From: Candidatus Iainarchaeum sp.
GTDB taxonomy: Archaea; Iainarchaeota; Iainarchaeia; Iainarchaeales; CSSED10-239
Direction of reading: 5' to 3'
Assembly: GCA_937968065.1 (NCBI GenBank)
Contig: CALBUD010000037.1
Coordinates: forward strand, 1 to 12,207
DNA: 12,207 nucleotides
Position numbers and translations under genes: made by a program. Below, one piece after another: positions 1-7,281 of this stretch. Numbering within the stretch: the first letter of the stretch is position 1; each line of letters begins with the position of its first letter. The notes beneath the pieces were generated by a model. It saw nothing but the letters and a program-made list of their open reading frames with translations, searched no databases and was not told the DNA's origin.

Positions 1-24
1 TAAAAAGGATGTTATTTTTGAAAT

Positions 25-2319
25 TTAGAAGGTAATTTTTGAAGCTGAATCGTTTTCTTTATCTCTTTCTATTATATATTTATTAGCATTTACTGTTTCT
101 AAAAGATTGTTATCATGAGTTACTATAAATATTTGATCTACAAGGTCTGGTAGTTCTTCTTCTAAAACCTCTGATAATGCTTTTATTGATTTTTCATCTA
201 AATTATGTGTTGGCTCATCTAAAATTAAAAGACCTAATTTTTTAGTTAAAATTAAAGAAATTGCAATTCTTATTGATAAAGATGCGCACGCTCTTTCTCC
301 ACCACTTAAAAAACCTTCTACTTTTATCCAATCATTTTTTAAAGTTAAAACTTCTAAAATATAGTCATTATTTGCATTTAATCTTGCTGAAAGATAATCT
401 TTATATGGATATATTTTTGGCCAAATTATAGATAATGCTTCATTTATGTTATCAATTAGATATTTTCTTAATTGTAATTGACTAGAATCAATTGCTTTTA
501 AAAAATAAGACAAATCTTGTTTTTTAAAATTTATGTTTTGAAGATTTAAAGAGAGATTTTCTTTTTGTTTATTTAATAGTTGATAATTGTTTATTTGTTT
601 TCTTGTGTTTTCTAAAGAAAAAGAATTTGTTTTAAAAGATTCTTTTAAAGAATTAAAATTAGAATCTAAATTTTTGTGTTCTGCAAGAATATTAAGATAA
701 GCTTCTTCATTATAGTTTATTAAATCAAGCTCTTTTTTTAAAATTGTTTTTTTATTTAAAAAACCATCTTTTAATTTTTTATTTTTTAAAAAATCTTCTT
801 TTTTTCTTAAAATTTCTTTTTTTTCTAAAATATTTTTTTCATAAAAAGATAAATCTTTTAATTTAGGCATATTATTAATTTCTTTATTGAAGTCAGATTG
901 TTCGTTTTCATAATTTTTAATGTTTTTAATGATTGAATCTATATCTTGCTGTATTTTTTGGTTTTTTAAATGTAGGTTTTCTTGTACCTCTAGATTTTGT
1001 AAATCTTTATTTAACAATAATATTTCTTGTTTTAAGTTATTTTTATTTTTTAAAAGCTCTTCTAAATTATTTGTTTTATCCAATAATAATTTTTCTAAGT
1101 TTTCTTTTGAAAAAGAAGTATTACATACAGGGCAGTTACTAAAGCCTTTTTTAATTTCAACTAATGATTTATTAAAATCATTTTCTAAAGAAATTAAAGA
1201 TATTTCTTTTTCTTTTAAAAAAGTTATCTTATTTATAATTTCTTCTTTTTTTGTTTTTAAACTTTCAAAAGATATTTCAATTAGTGCCTTTTCTTTTTCT
1301 AATAAATTTATTTTTTCTTTATTTTCTAAAATGTTTTTATTATAGAAAGATACTTTATTTTCAAGAGATTTTTTTAAAATTTCTAATTTTTTATTTTCTT
1401 CTTGTTTTTCTTTAAATTCTTTTTCTAAAAATGATAGTTTCTCTTTTTCTGCAAAAATATCTTCCTGAGAAGTATTTATAATTTCTGTATCAGTTGTTTT
1501 TAATAGTTCTTCTTCAATTTCTTTTAATCTTAAAAAAACTAAATTATATTCTGATTTTAATGAATCATATTTTTCTTTAATTTCTTTTTTTTCTTTAAGT
1601 TTTAATGAAGTTTGAGTTATTTTTTCGTCTTGATTTTTAATTTCTTTTTCTAAAATATTAATTTTTTCTAATAATTCTTTTTCAATTTTTAAAAGTTCAG
1701 ATAAATCAAAAGAAGTTAACTGATTATTTATTTGATTTAAAAGAGATTGATTTTTTTCAATTTCAAAATTTAAAGCAGAATCTATTTTTTTAGTATTGCT
1801 TTTAATTTCTTCAAAATGAGAAATGCCAAAAAGATCATCGAATTGTTCTTTTCTTTTTGAAGGAATTATTTTTAAAAAATAATCAATTTCATTTTGTTGA
1901 GAGTAAACTACCTTTATAAAAAGATTATAATCAATACCTAAAAGATTTGAAATAAATTCATCTACATCTGTTTTTTTAGGCCCCTTTATTAATTTGTTAT
2001 CCAGATAGACTTTTGCAGAATTGGCTTTATTTCCAAAATAAACTTCTCTTTCTATTAAATAAATTTTTTCATCTTGTTCAAGTTCTAAAATAACTTTAAA
2101 ATATTCTTTTTTATTTGGTTTAAACATTATAGTTTCATCTAAAGTTATTTTTCTAGTTGAAAGAGTTGGAAATGTGCCATAAAGAGCATAACAGATTGCA
2201 TCAACAATGCTTGACTTACCAGAACCAATTATACCTAAAAGTATATTAGTTCCTTTCTTAAAAGAAAGTTTTGAATCAAGGTGGGTTTTCCAATTTTCAA
2301 GATAAATAGATTTTATCAT
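25..2319 (-). CDS. rad50: Rad50 DNA double-strand-break repair ATPase (SMC-like, zinc-hook coiled coil)
   Basis: Listed ORF is 25..2361. I place the start at the internal ATG at 2319 (MIKSIYLENWK...), because Rad50/SbcC proteins begin with this strand just before the Walker A loop (GIIGSGKSS). Other motifs: Q-loop YSQQNE, long K/E/L/N-rich coiled coil, central CPVC zinc hook (nt 1123-1134, about residue 396 of 764), ABC signature LSGGERACASL, Walker B LLILDEPTHNLD, H-loop IVTHD. Confidence 0.9.
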   Translation of the reverse strand: MIKSIYLENWKTHLDSKLSFKKGTNILLGIIGSGKSSIVDAICYALYGTFPTLSTRKITLDETIMFKPNKKEYFKVILELEQDEKIYLIEREVYFGNKANSAKVYLDNKLIKGPKKTDVDEFISNLLGIDYNLFIKVVYSQQNEIDYFLKIIPSKRKEQFDDLFGISHFEEIKSNTKKIDSALNFEIEKNQSLLNQINNQLTSFDLSELLKIEKELLEKINILEKEIKNQDEKITQTSLKLKEKKEIKEKYDSLKSEYNLVFLRLKEIEEELLKTTDTEIINTSQEDIFAEKEKLSFLEKEFKEKQEENKKLEILKKSLENKVSFYNKNILENKEKINLLEKEKALIEISFESLKTKKEEIINKITFLKEKEISLISLENDFNKSLVEIKKGFSNCPVCNTSFSKENLEKLLLDKTNNLEELLKNKNNLKQEILLLNKDLQNLEVQENLHLKNQKIQQDIDSIIKNIKNYENEQSDFNKEINNMPKLKDLSFYEKNILEKKEILRKKEDFLKNKKLKDGFLNKKTILKKELDLINYNEEAYLNILAEHKNLDSNFNSLKESFKTNSFSLENTRKQINNYQLLNKQKENLSLNLQNINFKKQDLSYFLKAIDSSQLQLRKYLIDNINEALSIIWPKIYPYKDYLSARLNANNDYILEVLTLKNDWIKVEGFLSGGERACASLSIRIAISLILTKKLGLLILDEPTHNLDEKSIKALSEVLEEELPDLVDQIFIVTHDNNLLETVNANKYIIERDKENDSASKITF

Positions 2320-2408
2320 AAGTATATAATTAATAGATAAAAACAAATAAAAAGAGAACAAACAAAAGGTTTAAATAAATATAGAAGCTATAAATTATTT
2401 GATAAACT

Positions 2409-2600
2409 ATGCATGATTTAAAAAGAATCTTAAAAGAAGAAAAAGCACAAATATCTGCTGAAATGATTATTTTAATTGCTGCAATAATTGCAATAGTTCT
2501 TGTTGTTGTAACTCAACTTCAAAAAACAACAACAAAAGCAAATAAAACTGTTGACAAAAAAGCAGATGATGTTTTTAAGCAGATTGAAAAAATAAATTAA
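2409..2600 (+). CDS. Short class III signal peptide pilin (DUF361/UPF0333-type, QxSxExxxL motif)
   Basis: 63 aa. A charged leader MHDLKRILKEEKA is followed by QISAEMIIL (Q+1, S+3, E+5, L+9) and a roughly 20-residue hydrophobic helix, then a short polar tail. This size and motif match the short EppA-processed pilins of methanococci. A consensus TATA (TTTAAATA, 2370-2377) lies about 30 nt upstream. Confidence 0.75.
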   Translation: MHDLKRILKEEKAQISAEMIILIAAIIAIVLVVVTQLQKTTTKANKTVDKKADDVFKQIEKIN

Positions 2601-2614
2601 AGAAGTAATCTTCT

Positions 2615-3010
2615 GTGAATCAAAAAGCACAAGTTAGTTTAGAATATATATTGATTGCACTCGCTATTGTCGTGGTTCTTTCATTAATTATTATGCAAGC
2701 AACTATTCTTTATTCTAAAAATATAAATATTATTGATAATAGAGAGCTTAAAAATACTTTTGAAAAAATTCAAGCAAATTTAGATATTATAGAACTTTTA
2801 GAAAATTATATAGAAGAAATAAATGTATATCCTGAAAAAACTTGGTATTTTGAAAAAATTAATGAAAAAGAAATAAAAATATTTAATGAAAATAAAGAAT
2901 ATTTAATAAATAGTAATAAACCTATTATTTTAAATTTTAGAGAAATAAAAAAAGAAGAAATAATAATTATTAAAAAAGAAAATAATAAGATATATATTGA
3001 ATTAAAATGA
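2615..3010 (+). CDS. Pilin-like protein with class III signal peptide (DUF361-type)
   Basis: GTG start at 2615. The N-terminus MNQKA|QVSLEYILIALAIVVVLSLII repeats the QxSxE pattern of the upstream gene. The rest is a 100-aa N/K/E/I-rich domain with no recognisable motif. Confidence 0.6.
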   Translation: MNQKAQVSLEYILIALAIVVVLSLIIMQATILYSKNINIIDNRELKNTFEKIQANLDIIELLENYIEEINVYPEKTWYFEKINEKEIKIFNENKEYLINSNKPIILNFREIKKEEIIIIKKENNKIYIELK

Positions 3011-3525
3011 ACTTAAATAACTTTTTATCAAAAATTTTATTTATTGGTATAACTATACATGAAATTGCACATGCTTTTGCATGCATTATTCTTGGTGTAA
3101 AAATAAGAAAAGTTAAACTATTAAGTTTTACAGACGGATATGTGGTGCATGATGAGTCAAGATCTTATAAAAATATCATAATCTCTATCTTTCCTTTTTT
3201 TTTTAATATTTTAGTTGCTTTTTTATGTATACTGTTATTAAAAAAAGAGCTTTTAATCATATATAAAGTAATAATTGCATGGTTTGCTATATCAGCTTTG
3301 TTTTTCTCAATACCTTCAAGACAAGATGCAAATAATGTGTTTGCATCTATTAAAAAAAGCTATAGATGGAATCAATCTTTATTAAAATGGCTATATAAGA
3401 TCATATTATTACCATTAACTTTATTTATTTTAATCCTTTCTTGGTTATTTAAAGTATTAGATCAGTCTTTTTTAACAAGATTAGTATTAATTGCCATTTG
3501 GGTTTATGTATTAGTTATTTTTTAA
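3007..3525 (+). CDS. Small polytopic membrane zinc-metalloprotease-like protein (HExxH; M50/site-2-protease-like or DUF3267-like)
   Basis: 172 aa with 4-5 predicted TM helices by eye. HEIAH (nt 3058-3072, residues 18-22) sits in TM1 and is followed by ACIILGVKIRKVKLLSF.DG, resembling the HExxH..G.k....l.p.GG start of M50 proteases. A later IPSRQDANNV segment is a possible degenerate PxxLDG third-ligand motif. The start overlaps the upstream stop as ATGA (3007-3010). Confidence 0.6.
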   Translation: MNLNNFLSKILFIGITIHEIAHAFACIILGVKIRKVKLLSFTDGYVVHDESRSYKNIIISIFPFFFNILVAFLCILLLKKELLIIYKVIIAWFAISALFFSIPSRQDANNVFASIKKSYRWNQSLLKWLYKIILLPLTLFILILSWLFKVLDQSFLTRLVLIAIWVYVLVIF

Positions 3526-3552
3526 AAAATATAGTATTTTAATACTTATCGA

Positions 3553-3578
3553 TTTATATAATATATTATAAGGGGGAG
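3553..3578 (+). promoter_or_regulatory. Consensus archaeal TATA box (TTTATATA, 3553-3560) and G-rich Shine-Dalgarno-like GGGGGAG (3572-3578) upstream of PCNA
   Basis: TTTATATA matches the TTTAWATA consensus. GGGGGAG ends 8 nt before the ATG at 3587. A start site about 25 nt downstream of this TATA would fall after the SD, so the SD may serve read-through transcripts from the upstream operon and the TATA a leaderless transcript. This cannot be resolved from sequence. Confidence 0.4.
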
Positions 3579-3586
3579 ATTTAATT

Positions 3587-4339
3587 ATGATTAAATTAAT
3601 ATTAAAAGATGTAAAAGAATTTCAAAAAAGCATAGATGCTATTGGAGTTTTAATAAATGAAGGTTTATTTACAATAGATTCTGAAAAAATGTATTTAAGA
3701 GCAACAGACCCTGGACAGATAAGTCTTGTTGATTTTATTATGCCAAAAGATGCTTTTGAACAATTTTTAGTAGATATAAAAGAAAATGAAAAAAATGTAA
3801 CTTTTGGAATAAATATTAATAATCTTTTACAAATATTAGCTCACTCCTCAGCAGATGATAAACTTAGTTTAGAGATAAAAGATGATAAATCATTTATATT
3901 AATTGAACTTATTGGAAAATCAAAAAGAAGTTTCCATATACCTTTAATTGATGTTTCTGAACAAGAACAACCACTTCCAAAAATACAGTTTGATGTAACA
4001 ATACAAATTTCTTCAGATCAATTACTTTCTGGTATTAAAGATGCTAGTCTTTTTAGTTCACATATAACTTTAAAAGTTGAGAACAATAGATTGTTTTTAG
4101 AAACACAAAGTAGTAAAGGAAAATTTAAACAAGAAATAGAACAAGATAAAAATAATTTAGTTATTTCTGGAAGTAAAGCAAAAGCAATGTATACTTTAGA
4201 TTATCTTCAGAATATGATTAAAAATGCAAAAAGTATTATTACTTTAAAACTTAAAGATGATATGCCTTTAGAATTAAATTATACTATAGGATCTTCAGCA
4301 ATAAGATATTTTTTAGCTCCTAGAGTAGATAACGAATAG
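3587..4339 (+). CDS. pcn: DNA polymerase sliding clamp PCNA
   Basis: 250 aa and collinear with archaeal PCNA as I recall it: ...YLRATDPGQISLVDF..., ...FHIPLIDVSEQEQPLP..., ...IKDASLFSSHITLKV..., and the C-terminal IRYFLAPRVDNE (compare Pyrococcus LTFLLAPRVEE). Confidence 0.95.
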   Translation: MIKLILKDVKEFQKSIDAIGVLINEGLFTIDSEKMYLRATDPGQISLVDFIMPKDAFEQFLVDIKENEKNVTFGININNLLQILAHSSADDKLSLEIKDDKSFILIELIGKSKRSFHIPLIDVSEQEQPLPKIQFDVTIQISSDQLLSGIKDASLFSSHITLKVENNRLFLETQSSKGKFKQEIEQDKNNLVISGSKAKAMYTLDYLQNMIKNAKSIITLKLKDDMPLELNYTIGSSAIRYFLAPRVDNE

Positions 4340-4372
4340 TTTTTATTTAAAAACTATTTTTTCTTCTTTTTT
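4337..4372 (+). terminator. Hairpin plus oligo-T tract between convergent PCNA and orc1/cdc6
   Basis: TAGTTTTTAttTAAAAACTA (4337-4356) has 9-nt arms that are perfect reverse complements. It starts on the PCNA stop codon and is followed by T6-C-TT-C-T8. Archaeal RNAP terminates at oligo-T tracts. Confidence 0.5.
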
Positions 4373-5461
4373 TTATAAAAGTTCTTTATTAAAATTAAAA
4401 ATAACTACTCTTGAACCGCCTTTTCCTTTGCCTGTTGTTTTTAAAGAAATAAAACCTAATTTTTCAAATTTTGTAAGATATCTTCTAATAGTTCTTTCTG
4501 GTATTTTTGATTTACTGTATATTTCAGTTGTTGAGGTTTCATTTTTAAGAGAATATAAAAAATTAAATTCTTCTTTTGATAAAGAAGATATTTTTTCATT
4601 AATTTTAATAGAATCTATTAAATGAGAAGAAGAAAGTAAAATTTCTTTAGTTATTTTTAAATTTCCTTTTCTATCTGATTCTTTTGCAGATTTATATAAA
4701 AGATCTATTGCAATTCTAGCATCTCCTCCTCTAACCGCAGCATATCCAGAGATATATCCTATTAAGTCTTCTGAAATCGAATCTTTTATTAAACCATATT
4801 CTATTCTTTCTTTTAAAATTTTTTTTAAATCTTGAGAAGTGTATTTTTTAAATTCTAAACTTTTTAAAGCTAAAGAACTTTGAGTTCTTAAATCTAAATT
4901 AAAAATAAATTCTTTATTATTTGTAATTAATATTAATGTAAAAAATTTTTGTTTTTCAGAAAATCTTGAAAGATCATATAAAAGAGTTGAAGCATCTGTG
5001 TTGTTTAATTTATCAATTTCATCTAAAATTAAAACTGTATAAAAGTTTGATTTTGAATAAAGTTCTTTTATTCTTTGCCAAATTTCATCTACAGCCAAAC
5101 CTCTTCTTGGAAGAATTGCTCCAAAAAAAGAAGAGACTGTTGATAAGATAGAGTGTCTTGTGTTTTCTTGAATACAATTTATATATAAGGGTTTTACTTT
5201 CATAGAGTATTCTGAAAGCTCCTTTAGAACAAAATTAGAAATTAATGTTTTCCCTGTTCCTGGAGGGCCATAAACTAAAAAATTTTCTGCTTTTTTGTTA
5301 TTTGTTAAAGGTTTTAAAGAAAAAGATAATTCTTTTATTTCAGAATCTCTTGAATAAATGTTTGTAGGAAGATATTCTGGATAGAAAACTTGTTCATTTA
5401 CAAATATTGATTTATCTATATTTTTTATATCTGAAAAAATATTTTTTTTTGAAATAGGCAT
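4373..5461 (-). CDS. cdc6: Orc1/Cdc6 replication initiator (AAA+ with C-terminal winged helix)
   Basis: 362 aa. N-terminal F.PEYLP...R..E...L pattern, Walker A YGPPGTGKT, Walker B LILDEIDKL, sensor region ITNN, GGDARIAIDLL (the typical GDAR box of Orc1/Cdc6), and a C-terminal winged-helix-like region (TIRRYLTKFEKLGFI). Confidence 0.93.
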   Translation of the reverse strand: MPISKKNIFSDIKNIDKSIFVNEQVFYPEYLPTNIYSRDSEIKELSFSLKPLTNNKKAENFLVYGPPGTGKTLISNFVLKELSEYSMKVKPLYINCIQENTRHSILSTVSSFFGAILPRRGLAVDEIWQRIKELYSKSNFYTVLILDEIDKLNNTDASTLLYDLSRFSEKQKFFTLILITNNKEFIFNLDLRTQSSLALKSLEFKKYTSQDLKKILKERIEYGLIKDSISEDLIGYISGYAAVRGGDARIAIDLLYKSAKESDRKGNLKITKEILLSSSHLIDSIKINEKISSLSKEEFNFLYSLKNETSTTEIYSKSKIPERTIRRYLTKFEKLGFISLKTTGKGKGGSRVVIFNFNKELL

Positions 5462-5502
5462 AAATCTATAATGTAGGGTTTAATTTAAAAAGATTGTTTT
5501 TT

Positions 5503-5519
5503 CTCGGCCACGAGGGGGG
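5503..5519. promoter_or_regulatory. Candidate origin-recognition-box-like element: dyad CTCG-GCCA-CGAG followed by a G-run
   Basis: This is the only GC-rich island in the window (ctcggccacgagggggg). It lies 42-60 nt upstream of the orc1/cdc6 ATG, just distal to a TATA-like TTTTTAAATT on the minus strand. The dyad-plus-G-string layout resembles archaeal ORB elements, but only one copy is present. Confidence 0.3.
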
Positions 5520-5822
5520 TCTAAAAAAGAACCTAAGTTATAAAGACATATTTATTTTACAATTAAGTTTTTTTAAAAAATATAAATGGTGATAAAATAT
5601 GCAAATAATATATAGAAGAGAACTTTCAAGATTTCAAACCACTTTTTTAAATAAAGTTAAAAACACTTTATTAAAAAGAATGGAGATTGGGTATATGACA
5701 AAACCTCATAATTATATGCTTATAGATATTCTAAGTGAAATTGATTCTAGGAAATGTTCATAATAGTTGAAATTATTAAAAATAATAGATATATATACTT
5801 TATAGCTCTATAATATACATAT

Positions 5823-6323
5823 ATGGCAATAAACCAAAAGGCCTTTGCATCTATAATTGTACTTTTGTTTTTATTATTTTTTTCATTTATTATTCTCGAG
5901 AATAAGAGAACAGACATTTCTGATTTTATTATTATTAAGCAGGCTGAAACTAAAAAAGAGAGCATTTATTTAAATTTTGAAACAAACATTAAAAATACTT
6001 TAAATAATTGTGAAGAAGATCCTTTAATAAATAATCTTGAAGTTATTAAAGAGGCTAATAATTTTATAAATAATAGTGACTCTAATTTTTTTATTAAAAA
6101 TATTATTTCTCAAAAAGAAGAAGAAGTTAATATAACATATTTAACTGAAATAATCAAAGTTATTGTATATAAACCTTCAAGAAATATAGTTGTTAAAGAA
6201 GTACATATAACAAACGGATTTTTAAAAAATAAAGTTTTAGGATATACCCTAAATACTAGTAATTACAAAACCACTTTTTTATTTCCAGAAAATTATAGTT
6301 TAAAAAAGGTGATTTTTTGTTAA
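5823..6323 (+). CDS. Pilin-like / class III signal peptide-like membrane-anchored protein, function unknown
   Basis: 166 aa. MAINQKA|FASIIVLLFLLFFSFIIL gives a short basic leader, a small residue, then a roughly 20-aa hydrophobic helix. The rest is N/K/I-rich with 2 Cys. The TATA-like ATATATAC (5791-5798) is spaced for a leaderless transcript. Confidence 0.5.
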   Translation: MAINQKAFASIIVLLFLLFFSFIILENKRTDISDFIIIKQAETKKESIYLNFETNIKNTLNNCEEDPLINNLEVIKEANNFINNSDSNFFIKNIISQKEEEVNITYLTEIIKVIVYKPSRNIVVKEVHITNGFLKNKVLGYTLNTSNYKTTFLFPENYSLKKVIFC

Positions 6324-6559
6324 ATAAAAAAGGAGTGGTATCTATTGAGTTTATTTTTTCATTATTAATTATAATTGTAATTTTGTATTTATTAATCCTT
6401 GTTAACTTAAATTTTAAAAATAAGTTATCTGAAGAAATAAATTATGAAGAATATAATTTTGAAGTTTGTTTTATAAAAGAAATAATTCTCAAAAATAATA
6501 ATGGAGAAATATTAAATGATTTCTGCAAAATCAAAAAAAGGACAAATAATTATAATTGA
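6317..6559 (+). CDS. Small pilin-like protein (KKG|VVSIE class III signal peptide)
   Basis: 80 aa with a TTG start at 6317, preceded by SD AGGTGAT (6307-6313). MLNKKG|VVSIEFIFSLLIIIVILYLLILV has S+3 and E+5 as in the DUF361 motif. Overlaps the upstream gene by 7 nt. Confidence 0.55.
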   Translation: MLNKKGVVSIEFIFSLLIIIVILYLLILVNLNFKNKLSEEINYEEYNFEVCFIKEIILKNNNGEILNDFCKIKKRTNNYN

Positions 6560-6929
6560 TATTTTATTATTTTTAATAATAATTTTATTAATTATTTCAA
6601 TACAAACAAAAATAATTAGAAACTATAAAGAAAATTTATCTTTTCAAGAAAAAGAAATTAATTTTTTAAAAGAAGATTTTTTAATAGAAAATTACTTGCT
6701 TGATTGTAATTACTTAGGTTATTTAGATAAAGATACTAAAAAATGTTATAAAAACAAAATAGAAATTAAAAACATTGATAAAATAGATTACTCAATTTTT
6801 TGTAAATTAAAAATAAATGAAAATATAATTTTTTATATTGAAAATAAAAATAATAAAAAAATATATAAAAGAGCAGCTGTTTTTGAAGACAAATTTACTA
6901 TATTAGAGGTTGAGTTTTGTGAAAAATAA
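6516..6929 (+). CDS. Small pilin-like protein (KKG|QIIIID class III signal peptide)
   Basis: 137 aa. MISAKSKKG|QIIIIDILLFLIIILLIISI. GGAG (6503-6506) lies 9 nt upstream of the ATG. Contains 4 Cys. Overlaps the upstream ORF by 44 nt. Confidence 0.55.
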   Translation: MISAKSKKGQIIIIDILLFLIIILLIISIQTKIIRNYKENLSFQEKEINFLKEDFLIENYLLDCNYLGYLDKDTKKCYKNKIEIKNIDKIDYSIFCKLKINENIIFYIENKNNKKIYKRAAVFEDKFTILEVEFCEK

Positions 6930-7281
6930 AGGAATCATTTTTACAATTGACGGAATTATAGCACTTACATTTATAGCTTTATTTTCAATGATTTTATTTG
7001 TGCCAACCTATGACAACACAAAAGAAATTGAAAAAATTTTAATTAATAACAGAATTTCAGATCTTTTAATAACTGCCCAATTACTTGAAATTGAAAACTC
7101 AAATATTTTAGAACAAAAATTTCAATTACTTTTAGAAGATAAATCAGGATTTATTATTATTAATAATAAAAAAATAGAAATTAATAACAGCCATGAAAAA
7201 ACAAGATTAATTTCACAAAACATAAGATATATTAATAGTTCTAATAAAGAAATATATATTGAAATAGGAGTGTATTATTAA
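6919..7281 (+). CDS. Small pilin-like protein (KNKG|IIFTID class III signal peptide)
   Basis: The ORF track starts at TTG 6910. I prefer GTG 6919 (MKNKG|IIFTIDGIIALTFIALFSMILFV) because GAGGT (6906-6910) is then 8 nt upstream. Either start overlaps the upstream gene. Confidence 0.5.
   Translation: MKNKGIIFTIDGIIALTFIALFSMILFVPTYDNTKEIEKILINNRISDLLITAQLLEIENSNILEQKFQLLLEDKSGFIIINNKKIEINNSHEKTRLISQNIRYINSSNKEIYIEIGVYY

Noticed and set aside
920-1345. Plus-strand ORFs 920..1345 and 933..1142 inside rad50
   Set aside because: They are antisense to the low-complexity K/E/L coiled-coil region of a well-supported gene. Their translations are F/L/S-rich mirror images with no motifs, so they are spurious.
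25-2319. Rad50-like ATPase as part of an SMC-type defence system (Wadjet/Lamassu/Gabija-like)
   Set aside because: It has the full canonical Rad50 architecture, including a central CPVC zinc hook. Its neighbours are housekeeping genes and no nuclease or effector partner is visible in the window.
2601-2614. Small hairpin AGAAG-taat-CTTCT right after the 63-aa pilin stop
   Set aside because: It has only a 5-bp stem and no following T-tract, so it is too weak to call an attenuator or terminator.
4428-5151. Plus-strand ORFs 4428..4625 and 4966..5151 inside orc1/cdc6
   Set aside because: They are antisense to a strongly supported AAA+ gene. They are short and have no start context or motif.
5599-5763. 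Unlisted 54-codon plus-strand ORF (MQIIYRRELSRFQTTFLNKV...SRKCS) in the orc1-upstream intergenic region
   Set aside because: It has no Shine-Dalgarno, no recognisable motif and no hydrophobic segment. An ORF of this length is not surprising by chance. It is kept only as a possibility to test by conservation.
5890-5905. 16-bp perfect palindrome TTATTCTCGAGAATAA inside the 5823 gene
   Set aside because: With this AT bias I estimate one or two 8+8 palindromes are expected by chance in 12 kb. It lies inside a coding region with no flanking signal.
5747-5965. Minus-strand ORF 5747..5965
   Set aside because: It overlaps the start of the 5823 pilin-like gene in antisense and would sit on its promoter. 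The hydrophobicity mirrors the TM helix encoded on the other strand.
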